A DNA stretch of 46,683 bases from Candidatus Moraniibacteriota bacterium (GTDB lineage Bacteria > Patescibacteriota > Minisyncoccia > Moranbacterales > JBBINP01): contig JBBINP010000002.1 in NCBI GenBank assembly GCA_037443825.1, forward strand, positions 1-46,683, in the 5' to 3' direction. The first letter of the stretch is position 1, and each line of letters starts with the position of its first letter. The translations under genes and the position numbers were made by a program. Positions 35,050-43,491 of the stretch are shown here, piece by piece. Under the pieces are notes generated by a model. It did no database searches and was not told where the DNA came from. It was given only the letters and a program-made list of their open reading frames with translations.

Positions 35050-36183
35050 ATGCGCATTTCTTATTCAGGCCTCGAAACATATCGAAATTGCCCGTTAAAA
35101 TATAAATTTCAGGAAATTGAAAAAATCAGAACGCCAAAATCCAAAGAAGCGGTTTTTGGAACATTGTTGCATTCCGCATTGAAATTTATTCATACGCCGG
35201 CGATTATCCCGCCCGCCCTGGAGCAGGCGCTGGATTATTTTGCCCGTTCATGGAACAGCGAAGTTTTTGATTCTGAGATTGAGGAACGCGCCGCTTTCGC
35301 GCAAGGAGTGAAAATTATTCAAACTTATTATCAGAAGAACGATCCGGCTGAAACCAATATAGTGGATTTGGAATCGCGCTTTGAAATAAAAATCGGCGAT
35401 GAAAAAGAGCCGCATGTCGTTTCCGGAGTTATTGACCGTATTGACAAAACCGAGAAGGGATATGAAATTATTGATTACAAAACGACCAAAAAAATGCCCT
35501 CCCAGGAAAAAGTTGACAATGACATCCAGCTATCAATTTACCTGCAGGCCTTTTTGCGCCGTTATCCAAAAGAATGCGAAAATATTGAAGATATCACCGT
35601 CAGTTTGTATTATCTTAAACACGGAGTTAAATTGTCTTCCAATCGTGATATTGAAAGTTTAAAAAAGGGCGAGCAATTATTTTTGGACACCATTAAGCTT
35701 ATTGAATCCGCGAAATTTGAGCCAATAGTTTCTCCTCTTTGCGATTGGTGCGGCTATCAGAATCGCTGTCCGATGTGGAAACATAAATTCAAGGAATTCA
35801 GAAAAATTGACACAGAAGAAATCAACAAAATCATTGCCGATTATATTGAAATAAAATCAGCCATAAACGCTTCCAAAGACAGATTGGAGGATCTTCAGGA
35901 AAAAATTTCCGTTTATATGGACCAAGAGGGCGTGGAACGGGTGTTTTCCGAACAAGGAACCATATTAAGGGCGATAAAAAAAAGTTACAAATATGACGCG
36001 GAAAAGCTGCGTGAGATTCTTGAACCATTGGATAAATGGAAGTTCGTTTTGAAAGTTGACGGCGTTGCCCTAAAAAATATTCTCAGCTCCCTGCCCATTC
36101 AAATTCGCCGGGAAGCCGAAAAAACCAAAACTATCAACAAGGAATCAAATGTTTTTGTGGTAAAAAAAACCGAAAAAAACTAA
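35050..36183 (+). CDS. PD-(D/E)XK nuclease with a Cas4/AddB-type Fe-S Cys signature, plus a C-terminal extension of about 130 aa
   Basis: N-terminal Cys (YRNCPLKY), nuclease core GVIDRID...YEIIDYKT (D...(D/E)xK), and the C-terminal Cys triad CDWCGYQNRC. Confidence 0.7.
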   Translation: MRISYSGLETYRNCPLKYKFQEIEKIRTPKSKEAVFGTLLHSALKFIHTPAIIPPALEQALDYFARSWNSEVFDSEIEERAAFAQGVKIIQTYYQKNDPAETNIVDLESRFEIKIGDEKEPHVVSGVIDRIDKTEKGYEIIDYKTTKKMPSQEKVDNDIQLSIYLQAFLRRYPKECENIEDITVSLYYLKHGVKLSSNRDIESLKKGEQLFLDTIKLIESAKFEPIVSPLCDWCGYQNRCPMWKHKFKEFRKIDTEEINKIIADYIEIKSAINASKDRLEDLQEKISVYMDQEGVERVFSEQGTILRAIKKSYKYDAEKLREILEPLDKWKFVLKVDGVALKNILSSLPIQIRREAEKTKTINKESNVFVVKKTEKN

Positions 36184-36214
36184 TTTGAGCGCACTAGTTT
36201 CACGTTATGCAACA

Positions 36215-36919
36215 TTAGCTGATAATCGTTCCTCTGAATCGTTTTTCTTCCAAATAATTCTGGATGTTTTTTAACTTATTGCCATTCATTATCACAACTT
36301 TCAGATTGTTTTCCTGGGCCAGTTTGGAAGCGACGGGATCAAACGGCACATTTAATCCAGGCGACCATTTGTTTCCCACCATTTTCCGGAAATCTTTCCA
36401 GGAAATTTTTTTTATCGGCTTGGCTTCCTTTTGTTTTTTCGGATCTTTGTCAAAAACGTAATCAATATTGGAAAGATTTATAATATTGTCCGCTTTAAAA
36501 TATTTGGCGATAACCACAGCGTCATAATCCGTGGAAAAGCCGGGCCGCCAGCCAGCCGCCACCAAAATCGGCTCTTTGAAATTGTAAAAATCTTCAAGTC
36601 CGTGAGGATTTTTGTTTATTCGCGAATGAGCGTGTTTTCTGAAAACGGTGCGGATGAAATGGGCGTTCATGCGGGTGGCATGAATGCCTATCCAATCTTT
36701 GTCTTCGTCGTTTATGCTGTCAATTTTTTTAGCCGCTTCAATATAAGTTCTGGCTGTTTTTCCGCCGCCGGTAATTATTATAAACCGGTAATTCTCGCGG
36801 ATATATTTTTCAATAATCCGTTTAAAATTTTTCACAAACTTCCAGTCAATTTTTTCGGGAACTACCAATGACCCGCCCAGCGATATGATTATTGTTTTGG
36901 TTTTTTTGCGCATTGACAT
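36215..36919 (-). CDS. pyrH: UMP kinase, archaeal-type (amino-acid-kinase fold)
   Basis: IISLGGSLVVPE, IIITGGGKTAR, IGIHATRMNA and AAGWRPGFSTDYDAVVIAKYFKADNIINLSNIDYVFDKDP match the short archaeal PyrH pattern (recalled). Confidence 0.75.
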   Translation of the reverse strand: MSMRKKTKTIIISLGGSLVVPEKIDWKFVKNFKRIIEKYIRENYRFIIITGGGKTARTYIEAAKKIDSINDEDKDWIGIHATRMNAHFIRTVFRKHAHSRINKNPHGLEDFYNFKEPILVAAGWRPGFSTDYDAVVIAKYFKADNIINLSNIDYVFDKDPKKQKEAKPIKKISWKDFRKMVGNKWSPGLNVPFDPVASKLAQENNLKVVIMNGNKLKNIQNYLEEKRFRGTIIS

Positions 36920-36947
36920 ATTTTTTAATATAAATTATTTAATATTG

Positions 36948-37412
36948 TTATTGGGAGTTTTTCACGCAATTTTTATCCGGCTGATATCCTTTGGATAAAG
37001 CATCTTCAATGGACTTAAAGCAAACTAGATTTTCCGGCTTTATTTGTTTGGCCCAACGGCAAGTCGGCAAATGATACTTGTTGGAATTTTTGCTTCCTAC
37101 AAAAGAACAGTTCTGATCAGGGGTGTTTGTATTTTGAGAGCCGTTTTGTTCATCAGAAGCCAATTTTGGAGCTTCAGGCGGGGTTTTTTCGCTCTTTGAT
37201 TGATTTATGGCATTATTTTGCGCTGTTTTTTCAATAATCAGCGGTTTTTGCTCCCATTTTTTGCCGCTTAAAACACCCAACTCAAAAGCGACAGTCGCCA
37301 CCAGGATGAAGCCGATTAATAAAACTATTTTCTGCTCATATTTAAGCCAAAAGTCCTCGATTTTTAATTTTAGACGTTTATCAAATCTTTTTATTTTCGC
37401 GTTAACAGGCAT
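36948..37412 (-). CDS. membrane-anchored protein with a C-terminal Ada-Zn-binding-like (sunset-type) Cys domain
   Basis: One TM helix (IVLLIGFILVATVAFELGVL), a low-complexity linker, then YHLPTCRWAKQIKPENLVCFKSIEDALSKGYQPDKNC. Confidence 0.6.
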   Translation of the reverse strand: MPVNAKIKRFDKRLKLKIEDFWLKYEQKIVLLIGFILVATVAFELGVLSGKKWEQKPLIIEKTAQNNAINQSKSEKTPPEAPKLASDEQNGSQNTNTPDQNCSFVGSKNSNKYHLPTCRWAKQIKPENLVCFKSIEDALSKGYQPDKNCVKNSQ

Positions 37413-37418
37413 ATTGAC

Positions 37419-37427
37419 ATTATAGCA
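37419..37427 (-). promoter_or_regulatory. extended -10 promoter (TGcTATAAT) placed for a leaderless transcript
   Basis: Minus strand reads TG-C-TATAAT-GTCAAT-ATG. The A of the ATG at 37412 is 7 nt after the -10 hexamer and there is no SD. Confidence 0.45.
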
Positions 37428-37466
37428 CAAAATGATAGGATTAGATTTGTAAAAATAATTCATTAA

Positions 37467-37498
37467 TCAAAAAAATCAAAAGTCAAAAAAATCAAAAT
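37467..37498. repeat. 16-nt tandem duplication (TCAAAAAAATCAAAAG / TCAAAAAAATCAAAAT)
   Basis: 15/16 identity between adjacent copies, in the divergent intergenic region. Confidence 0.8.
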
Positions 37499-37560
37499 TG
37501 ATGCGTTGCTTCGCGATGATTTTTTCAGCAGAAAACAATAAAAGCGGAGGGGTGTTGAAA

Positions 37561-37588
37561 TTTTGAATTTTGCGTTTTGAATTTTGCG
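37561..37588. repeat. 14-nt perfect tandem duplication (TTTTGAATTTTGCG x2) immediately upstream of rpmA
   Basis: Direct reading. The second copy ends 7 nt before the rpmA ATG. Confidence 0.85.
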
Positions 37589-37595
37589 TTTTTAT

Positions 37596-37886
37596 ATGGC
37601 GCATCGTAAAGCCGGCGGTTCAACCAGTTTGGGGCGCGACTCAATTTCCAAACGGCTGGGAGTTAAAATTTTTGGCAACCAAAAAGTCAAAACCGGACAG
37701 GTTATTGTCCGCCAGCGCGGCACCAAATTCCATCCCGGCGACAATGTCAAACGCGGAGAAGACGATACTCTTTTCGCGCTTAAAGATGGTATGGTGAAAT
37801 TTGCTTTCAAAAAAGTAAAGAATTTTACGGGCAAATTAATAACGCGGAGGTTCGTAAGCGTGGCAAAAAGCGCGGCAAAAAAATAG
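37596..37886 (+). CDS. rpmA: 50S ribosomal protein L27
   Basis: [61 protein letters not shown]. Confidence 0.93.
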   Translation: MAHRKAGGSTSLGRDSISKRLGVKIFGNQKVKTGQVIVRQRGTKFHPGDNVKRGEDDTLFALKDGMVKFAFKKVKNFTGKLITRRFVSVAKSAAKK

Positions 37887-37966
37887 TCCGGAAAAACCGA
37901 CAAGTGTCTGAAAAAACTTTCATCGGAAAACATCGGAAAAAAACTTTTTTGCACTGACTGACTATG

Positions 37967-38674
37967 TTAAAATCGCATATATTTTTCCCATTTTTCAAAC
38001 AAAGACCGCGTAGCGCGCAAATCGCCTATATTATAAAGGGCGATTTCTTTGTATTTCTTTGATTCAAAAAGTTTTTGCACGTCATCTCCCGTAACCCCCT
38101 GGCTTTTCGGACTTTTAATGCCGAAAGCGCGGCTCCAAAGATGCAAATTTCCTCTTCTGCGCACCGATCCGTAAAAACTCAATTGATCCAAAAGATCAAT
38201 ATGGCGGGCTCCGAATTTTTGCATGGAAAGATAGCGGTTGGACATCAAATCTTTTGTTGGACGAATGCCATGGACCGCTGAACGCACTACAATAAAAGGA
38301 ACGTCAAATCCCCTTCCGTTAAATGTTACGAACTCGTCATAAAGCTCAACAAGCCGCCAAAATTTTTCAAGTATTTCTTTTTCGGACATTGATTTCAATT
38401 TAATCCCTTCTGTTTCCTCGTCAATGCTTTCCCCCGGCGCCTGAAAATATACCCCGCCTTTTTCCTGTTCATGATCCAATGTTCCGATCGCAGCTATTTC
38501 TCCCGTCAAGGGCGAGAACCCCATTCCGTTTTTTAAATTTTCAAAAGCCACTTTGAAATCCTCGTCATTTTGCGATTCCAAACGAATCCAGCGCGTCAAA
38601 GTGTCTTTGGTCACGTTATCCAACGCGTCAAAATTTTCTCCGATGGTTTCAATGTCAAAAATAAGTTTCGGCAT
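37967..38674 (-). CDS. RNase H-fold 3'-5' exonuclease (PolB-exonuclease-like, DEDD type)
   Basis: LIFDIETIG (Exo I), TFNGRGFDVPF (Exo II) and YNIGDLRATRSLF (Exo III-like). The ATG at 38674 is preferred to the TTG at 38692. Confidence 0.7.
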   Translation of the reverse strand: MPKLIFDIETIGENFDALDNVTKDTLTRWIRLESQNDEDFKVAFENLKNGMGFSPLTGEIAAIGTLDHEQEKGGVYFQAPGESIDEETEGIKLKSMSEKEILEKFWRLVELYDEFVTFNGRGFDVPFIVVRSAVHGIRPTKDLMSNRYLSMQKFGARHIDLLDQLSFYGSVRRRGNLHLWSRAFGIKSPKSQGVTGDDVQKLFESKKYKEIALYNIGDLRATRSLFEKWEKYMRF

Positions 38675-38799
38675 ATGTTTTAAATATAACAAATAAAAAC
38701 AAAAAGCGCAAAATCAATTTTACTGCTGTCAATTCTTACAATCAAAGAAACGTTTGAAAAACAAATGCTTCTATTTTTTTACCGCGATTCTTGCGCAAT

Positions 38800-39972
38800 T
38801 TAAGCGTTTTTTTTTTGCGACAACTCCTTAAGCAATTCCAAAAAACTTCGGGCGGATTTTTCCCATTCAAACTCGCCGGATCTCTTGATTCCCGAAAAAA
38901 CCATTTTTCGGGAAAATTCCGGCGAAAGCAGGATGCTCTCCATAGCGGCGCAAATTTCCTGCGGCTTGTGCGGATCTGTCAAAACAGACGCGAAACCGGC
39001 AATTTCCGGAAGAGAAGAGTTATTGGAAACAATAACCGGCGTTCCGCATTTCATCGCTTCCAGCGGCGGGAAGCCAAACCCTTCAAAAAAAGAAGGATAA
39101 ACAAAAAGAGATGCAAGGTTGTATAAAGCGGCCTTGTCTTCGCTTTCAACAAAACCGGCAAAAATGATATTTTTACGAAATTTTGAAGTAAAAATTGCGT
39201 TTTTAATTTTTTTGTCTTTCCAGCCGGAGGATCCGGCGATAACCAATTTGCAATGTCCCAATGTTTTTTGATTATCTGTTTGAAGTTTTTCATACGCCTC
39301 AATAATGCCGATGATATTTTTTCTCGGTTCAATAGTTCCCAAATACAAAATAAAATGTTCTGGCAAGTTGTATTTTCGCTTGACGCGAAAAAGTTCCGGA
39401 TTATTTTTCTCAAAAGAATGAAATTGTTTTCCCGCTCCGCTGTAAATCACGCGTATTTTTTCCGAAAAAATTTGATAAACATCCGTCAAATCGTTTTTAG
39501 TTGATTCGGAAACCGCGATAATCCGGCTGGCTTGCCGGCAAAGCTTTCGCGGATTGACAAAAAAATGCCACAGCCGGCGCTTCCAGGAAAATGTCTCCGG
39601 ATAACGTTCAAAGCTCAAATCATGGACGGTTAAAACCAGCTTCGTTTTCCGGCTAACGCTTCCAAACGCTATGTTGGGCATAAAAACAACATCCGCGCCT
39701 CCCAGCAGGGTATCTATTTTCGGCCAATTCAAAAACCAAAAAAAGAAATTTAACACTTTATTGGGATAGTTTAATTTTTTAAAAGAAACGTTTGAAAATT
39801 CATTGAAAAAAGAAATGTCGGCACGCGATGATCCGAATGAATTTAAAAAAAGAATGTATTCATTTTCAGAATCAAGCGCGAACACATTTTTTAAAAGATG
39901 CGTGACATATTCTTCCACGCCGGTTTTTCTGCCTTCGCTCAGACACCGCACATCAATGCCGATTCGCGCCAT
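38800..39972 (-). CDS. GT4-family glycosyltransferase
   Basis: MARIGIDVRCL...TGVEEYV N-terminus and the EX7E region PSFFEGFGFPPLEAMKCGTPVIVSNNSSLPEI. Confidence 0.85.
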   Translation of the reverse strand: MARIGIDVRCLSEGRKTGVEEYVTHLLKNVFALDSENEYILFLNSFGSSRADISFFNEFSNVSFKKLNYPNKVLNFFFWFLNWPKIDTLLGGADVVFMPNIAFGSVSRKTKLVLTVHDLSFERYPETFSWKRRLWHFFVNPRKLCRQASRIIAVSESTKNDLTDVYQIFSEKIRVIYSGAGKQFHSFEKNNPELFRVKRKYNLPEHFILYLGTIEPRKNIIGIIEAYEKLQTDNQKTLGHCKLVIAGSSGWKDKKIKNAIFTSKFRKNIIFAGFVESEDKAALYNLASLFVYPSFFEGFGFPPLEAMKCGTPVIVSNNSSLPEIAGFASVLTDPHKPQEICAAMESILLSPEFSRKMVFSGIKRSGEFEWEKSARSFLELLKELSQKKNA

Positions 39973-39984
39973 ATTTTTTCTTTT

Positions 39985-40590
39985 TTAATCCAAATAATTT
40001 TTTATAAAAACCGCCCAAGTGCCAATAAAAATTCCGGCAACTAAAGAAAATAAAAAAGTCAATTTCCAGTCTGGAGCGCTTTTTTCAATCATAGGATCTT
40101 CCGCCAGAACCACAAACCATTGCTTTTCTTTTTGCAAGTGGTTGAGTTTGGATGTTTTTTCATTAATGATTTTACTGATGGATGACGATAATTTTCGCGC
40201 CGTTTTTTCGTCCGGCGCGCCATATCGCACCTGAATAGCTTGAGAAGAAAGGCGTTGGGCTTTGAAAAGACGCCTGATCTTCCAGGATTTCATTTCAGCG
40301 ACATCAACGCCGGCATCATTGCATATTTCAACCGCGATTCCGGGCGAACCCAGCCAACTGACAATTGTGCCGGAAAAACGTTCATCAGCCTGTAAACGAT
40401 AAAAATCGTCATAGGCGTAATCGGAAGTTTCTTGCGAACCGCCGCGGGTAACATTCAGCGTCAAATGGGAAGAAAAAGAACGCGGCCAAAAAAACTGGAT
40501 TAGCGTTGCTCCCAGTAAAGAAACTCCGAGAACGGCAAAAAAAATCCGTTTGTTTTTCCTGAAAATTAAAACGTATTCTTTTAAATCCAT
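39985..40590 (-). CDS. short Wzz-domain (polysaccharide chain-length determinant / co-polymerase-like) membrane protein
   Basis: LKEYVLIFRKNKRIFFAVLGVSLLGATLIQFFWP N-terminal TM region, a loop of about 130 aa, and a C-terminal TM helix (LTFLFSLVAGIFIGTWAVF). The ATG at 40590 is preferred. Confidence 0.6.
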   Translation of the reverse strand: MDLKEYVLIFRKNKRIFFAVLGVSLLGATLIQFFWPRSFSSHLTLNVTRGGSQETSDYAYDDFYRLQADERFSGTIVSWLGSPGIAVEICNDAGVDVAEMKSWKIRRLFKAQRLSSQAIQVRYGAPDEKTARKLSSSISKIINEKTSKLNHLQKEKQWFVVLAEDPMIEKSAPDWKLTFLFSLVAGIFIGTWAVFIKNYLD

Positions 40591-40652
40591 AACGGCGCAA
40601 ACTCCAACAACCAGCAAATCTGGCGCCGGAATTTTAAAAATAAAATGATAAA

Positions 40653-41765
40653 TTACAAATTTTTATTTTCTTTATGTTTTTTCAGCTCTTTTTCAATGTA
40701 GCTTTTTATTTTACCCTTAAATATTTCCTTGTCAAATTTTAACGAGCGGGAACGGATATGAGCGGGGTCGTAAGACATTTCCTTTTTTTCAAATTCCCTG
40801 ACGGCGGCGATAATATCTCCGTATGTCTGATAATTGAAAAACACTCCGGTATTTTCGTCTATATGTTCCGGAATATCTCCGCCCCGATAAGCGATAATAG
40901 GCCTCCCGGACGCCATAGCTTCAATAGCCACGATGCCAAAATCTTCTTCCTGGGGAAAAATGAAAGCGCGGCAGCGGGCGTAATATTCAGGCAATTTTTC
41001 TTCTGAAACGCGTCCCAAAAATTCAATGTTCTTTCCGGCCATTTTTTGCAGATGTTTCATTTCTGGACCGCGCCCGATAATTTTTAAAGGCAATCCGAGT
41101 TTATTAAAAGCATGAATAGCAATATCATGGCGCTTATAGGCAATAAGCCGTCCGACCATTAAAAAATAATCTTCGCGCTTGGCGCTAATATAAAAATTAT
41201 TAACAGAAACCGGCGGATGGATAACAACGGATTCCTTTCGGTAATATTTCTTGATTCTTTTAGCGACAAAATTAGAGTTTGAGATAATCTTGTCAATCCG
41301 ATCGGCGCTTATTCTGTCCCAAAGACGGATATAATTCACAAACGCCGGCACCAACCGCTTGATGAATCTGGGAAAACTGAAATCCCGCGCGTATTTTTGG
41401 CAATCGTCCCAGGCGTAACGCATGGGCGTGTGCATATAACAGATATGCAAAGTTTCCGGACGCGTAACAACGCCCTTGGCAAAACTGGAAGAATCGGAAA
41501 GCACTACGTCGTATTTTGAAAAATCAAATTGTTCAATGGCGGAAATCATAAGAAACGGAAAAAGCCGGTGATATTTCCGAGCCAGAAAGAATTTTTGCAA
41601 ATAGGAGGCGCGTATAAATTTGTCCGCGAAAACTCCATGCATCGCTTTTTTGTCATAAACAATCGTGTAAATCGGAGCGTGCGGAAAAATTTCCGCGAAG
41701 CATTCCAGCACCCTTTCCGCTCCCCCGTATTGCACAAGATAATCATGAACCAAAGCGATTTTCAT
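40653..41765 (-). CDS. GT4-family glycosyltransferase
   Basis: MKIALVHDYLVQYGGAERVLE N-terminus and FPQEEDFGIVAIEAMASGRPIIAYRGGDIPEHI. The ATG lies 1 nt after the recJ stop. Confidence 0.85.
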   Translation of the reverse strand: MKIALVHDYLVQYGGAERVLECFAEIFPHAPIYTIVYDKKAMHGVFADKFIRASYLQKFFLARKYHRLFPFLMISAIEQFDFSKYDVVLSDSSSFAKGVVTRPETLHICYMHTPMRYAWDDCQKYARDFSFPRFIKRLVPAFVNYIRLWDRISADRIDKIISNSNFVAKRIKKYYRKESVVIHPPVSVNNFYISAKREDYFLMVGRLIAYKRHDIAIHAFNKLGLPLKIIGRGPEMKHLQKMAGKNIEFLGRVSEEKLPEYYARCRAFIFPQEEDFGIVAIEAMASGRPIIAYRGGDIPEHIDENTGVFFNYQTYGDIIAAVREFEKKEMSYDPAHIRSRSLKFDKEIFKGKIKSYIEKELKKHKENKNL

Positions 41766-41766
41766 T

Positions 41767-43476
41767 TCATTGGTTAATTTTAATATCTATTAAATTCAGT
41801 TGGATTTTTTTGCCGCCGTTCCAGTTATCCTCTTTCAGCGTGAAAACAGCGTCAATCGCGTCGTCTTTTTTAACTGCCGCGAATTTGTCCGCCAGACCAA
41901 AACCGATTGATTCAAAAACCTTTGGAGTGCCATCAGTGGCCTTGAGAAACAATTTCAAATGCTTGTCGCCGTTTCCCAAAACGCGCGCTTCTTCCACCAG
42001 TAAGCCGCGCATTAAAAAGACTGGTTCTTCATTCCCCTTCCCGAACGGCTCCATGAGACGCAATCCTTCCAGCATCCCATAATCAATGTCTTTGGGAAAA
42101 ATTTCCAAATCAATTTCAATTTCCGAAAGTATTTTTTTCCCGTCCGTTTTTTCCTCAATCACCGCGTCCAACGCCGCGTAAAATTCTTCCAGTTTTTCAT
42201 TACGGACGGTGACGCCCGCGGCTTGCTCGTGGCCGCCGTATCTGACCAAAAAACGCGAACATTTTTCAATCGCTTCAATAATGTTGATTTGCGGAATGCT
42301 GCGCAACGATCCGACGCTTTCTTTTTCTCCTTTTTGAATAATCGCAACCGGTTTATGAAAAATATCCGCGATTTTTCCGGCCGCCAATCCGACCACGCCG
42401 ACGGGAAAATGTTCACTGACCGCAAAAATAAAATTTTTATTTTTGAAAGAATTTTCCGCCAAAATTTTAACTTCGTTCACTACCTGACCGGTTACGCGTT
42501 GGCGATTTTGATTGCTGGCTTCTATTTCCAGAGCGAGATTGCGAGCAAGCGCGCGATTTGTTTCGCGAATAAGATTAAAAGCGGCGTTGGCGTGATTCAT
42601 CCGTCCAGCCGCATTGATGCGCGGCGCGATTTGAAAAGCGACCTTGCGCGCGTCCGGAAAATTATTCGCGTCAATCGCGATTCTTCCGACGGAAAAAAGT
42701 TCCAGTAGTCCGAAGCGTTTTGTTTTCGCCAAAACAATCAATCCGAATTTAACAATTAGCCGGTTTTCTCCCAAAAGAGGCACGCAGTCCGCGATTGTTC
42801 CGATCGCCACCAAATCCAACATCCATTTTAGCTGTTCTTCTTTTTCCGGCATAATTTTTTGGCAAAGCGCCTGGACAACCTTAAAAGCGACTCCGACTCC
42901 CGCAAGATTTTTTTGCGGATAACCGGAATTTTTCAGATGGGGATTTATAATAACATTGGCCGGCGGCAATTTTTGAGGTACATGATGATGATCAACGATA
43001 ATAACATCAATTCCGTTTTTCCGGGCAAATTCTATTTCCTGAAAACTGGAAATTCCGCAATCAACGGTAATAATCAGAGAAACATTTTCTTTTTTAAAAT
43101 ATTCAACCGCATTGATGTTTAAACCATATCCTTCCTTTTTTTTATCCGGAAGATAAACCCGCGAATTAATTCCCAGATTATCCATCATTTCCTGTATAAT
43201 AACGGACGAAGTGATGCCGTCAGCGTCGTAATCTCCAAAAATCATAACTAACTCCGCGCGTTCTTTCGCTTGTTTCACGCGTTCAACCAATTTTTCCATG
43301 GCGGAAAATAAAAAAGGATCTAAAAGATCGCGCTGATAATCCGGATACAAAAAATTCCGGAGTTCTTCTTCATTTTGCATTCCGCGCTGCGACAAAAGAC
43401 GCCCCACAACCGGATGCGTGGAAAAACGGCCAAAACAAGAAGGATTATTTCCCTCTTTCAATTTCCATAAAGCCAT
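41767..43476 (-). CDS. recJ: single-stranded-DNA-specific exonuclease RecJ
   Basis: DHH-family motifs IFGDYDADGITS, TVDCGISS and IIVDHHH, plus DHHA1 GGHEQAAG. Confidence 0.9.
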   Translation of the reverse strand: MALWKLKEGNNPSCFGRFSTHPVVGRLLSQRGMQNEEELRNFLYPDYQRDLLDPFLFSAMEKLVERVKQAKERAELVMIFGDYDADGITSSVIIQEMMDNLGINSRVYLPDKKKEGYGLNINAVEYFKKENVSLIITVDCGISSFQEIEFARKNGIDVIIVDHHHVPQKLPPANVIINPHLKNSGYPQKNLAGVGVAFKVVQALCQKIMPEKEEQLKWMLDLVAIGTIADCVPLLGENRLIVKFGLIVLAKTKRFGLLELFSVGRIAIDANNFPDARKVAFQIAPRINAAGRMNHANAAFNLIRETNRALARNLALEIEASNQNRQRVTGQVVNEVKILAENSFKNKNFIFAVSEHFPVGVVGLAAGKIADIFHKPVAIIQKGEKESVGSLRSIPQINIIEAIEKCSRFLVRYGGHEQAAGVTVRNEKLEEFYAALDAVIEEKTDGKKILSEIEIDLEIFPKDIDYGMLEGLRLMEPFGKGNEEPVFLMRGLLVEEARVLGNGDKHLKLFLKATDGTPKVFESIGFGLADKFAAVKKDDAIDAVFTLKEDNWNGGKKIQLNLIDIKINQ

Positions 43477-43491
43477 AAACGTTGTTATTTT

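Noticed and set aside
37921-37940. A perfect 10-nt tandem repeat, CATCGGAAAA x2, lies downstream of rpmA.
   Set aside because: It is a very short low-complexity duplication in an A-rich spacer. It has no inverted symmetry or flanking signals and is most simply explained by replication slippage.
37570-37954. ORFs at 37570-37797 (+) and 37592-37954 (-) overlap rpmA.
   Set aside because: The L27 frame has an unmistakable conserved sequence. The overlapping frames have no motifs and are composition artefacts.
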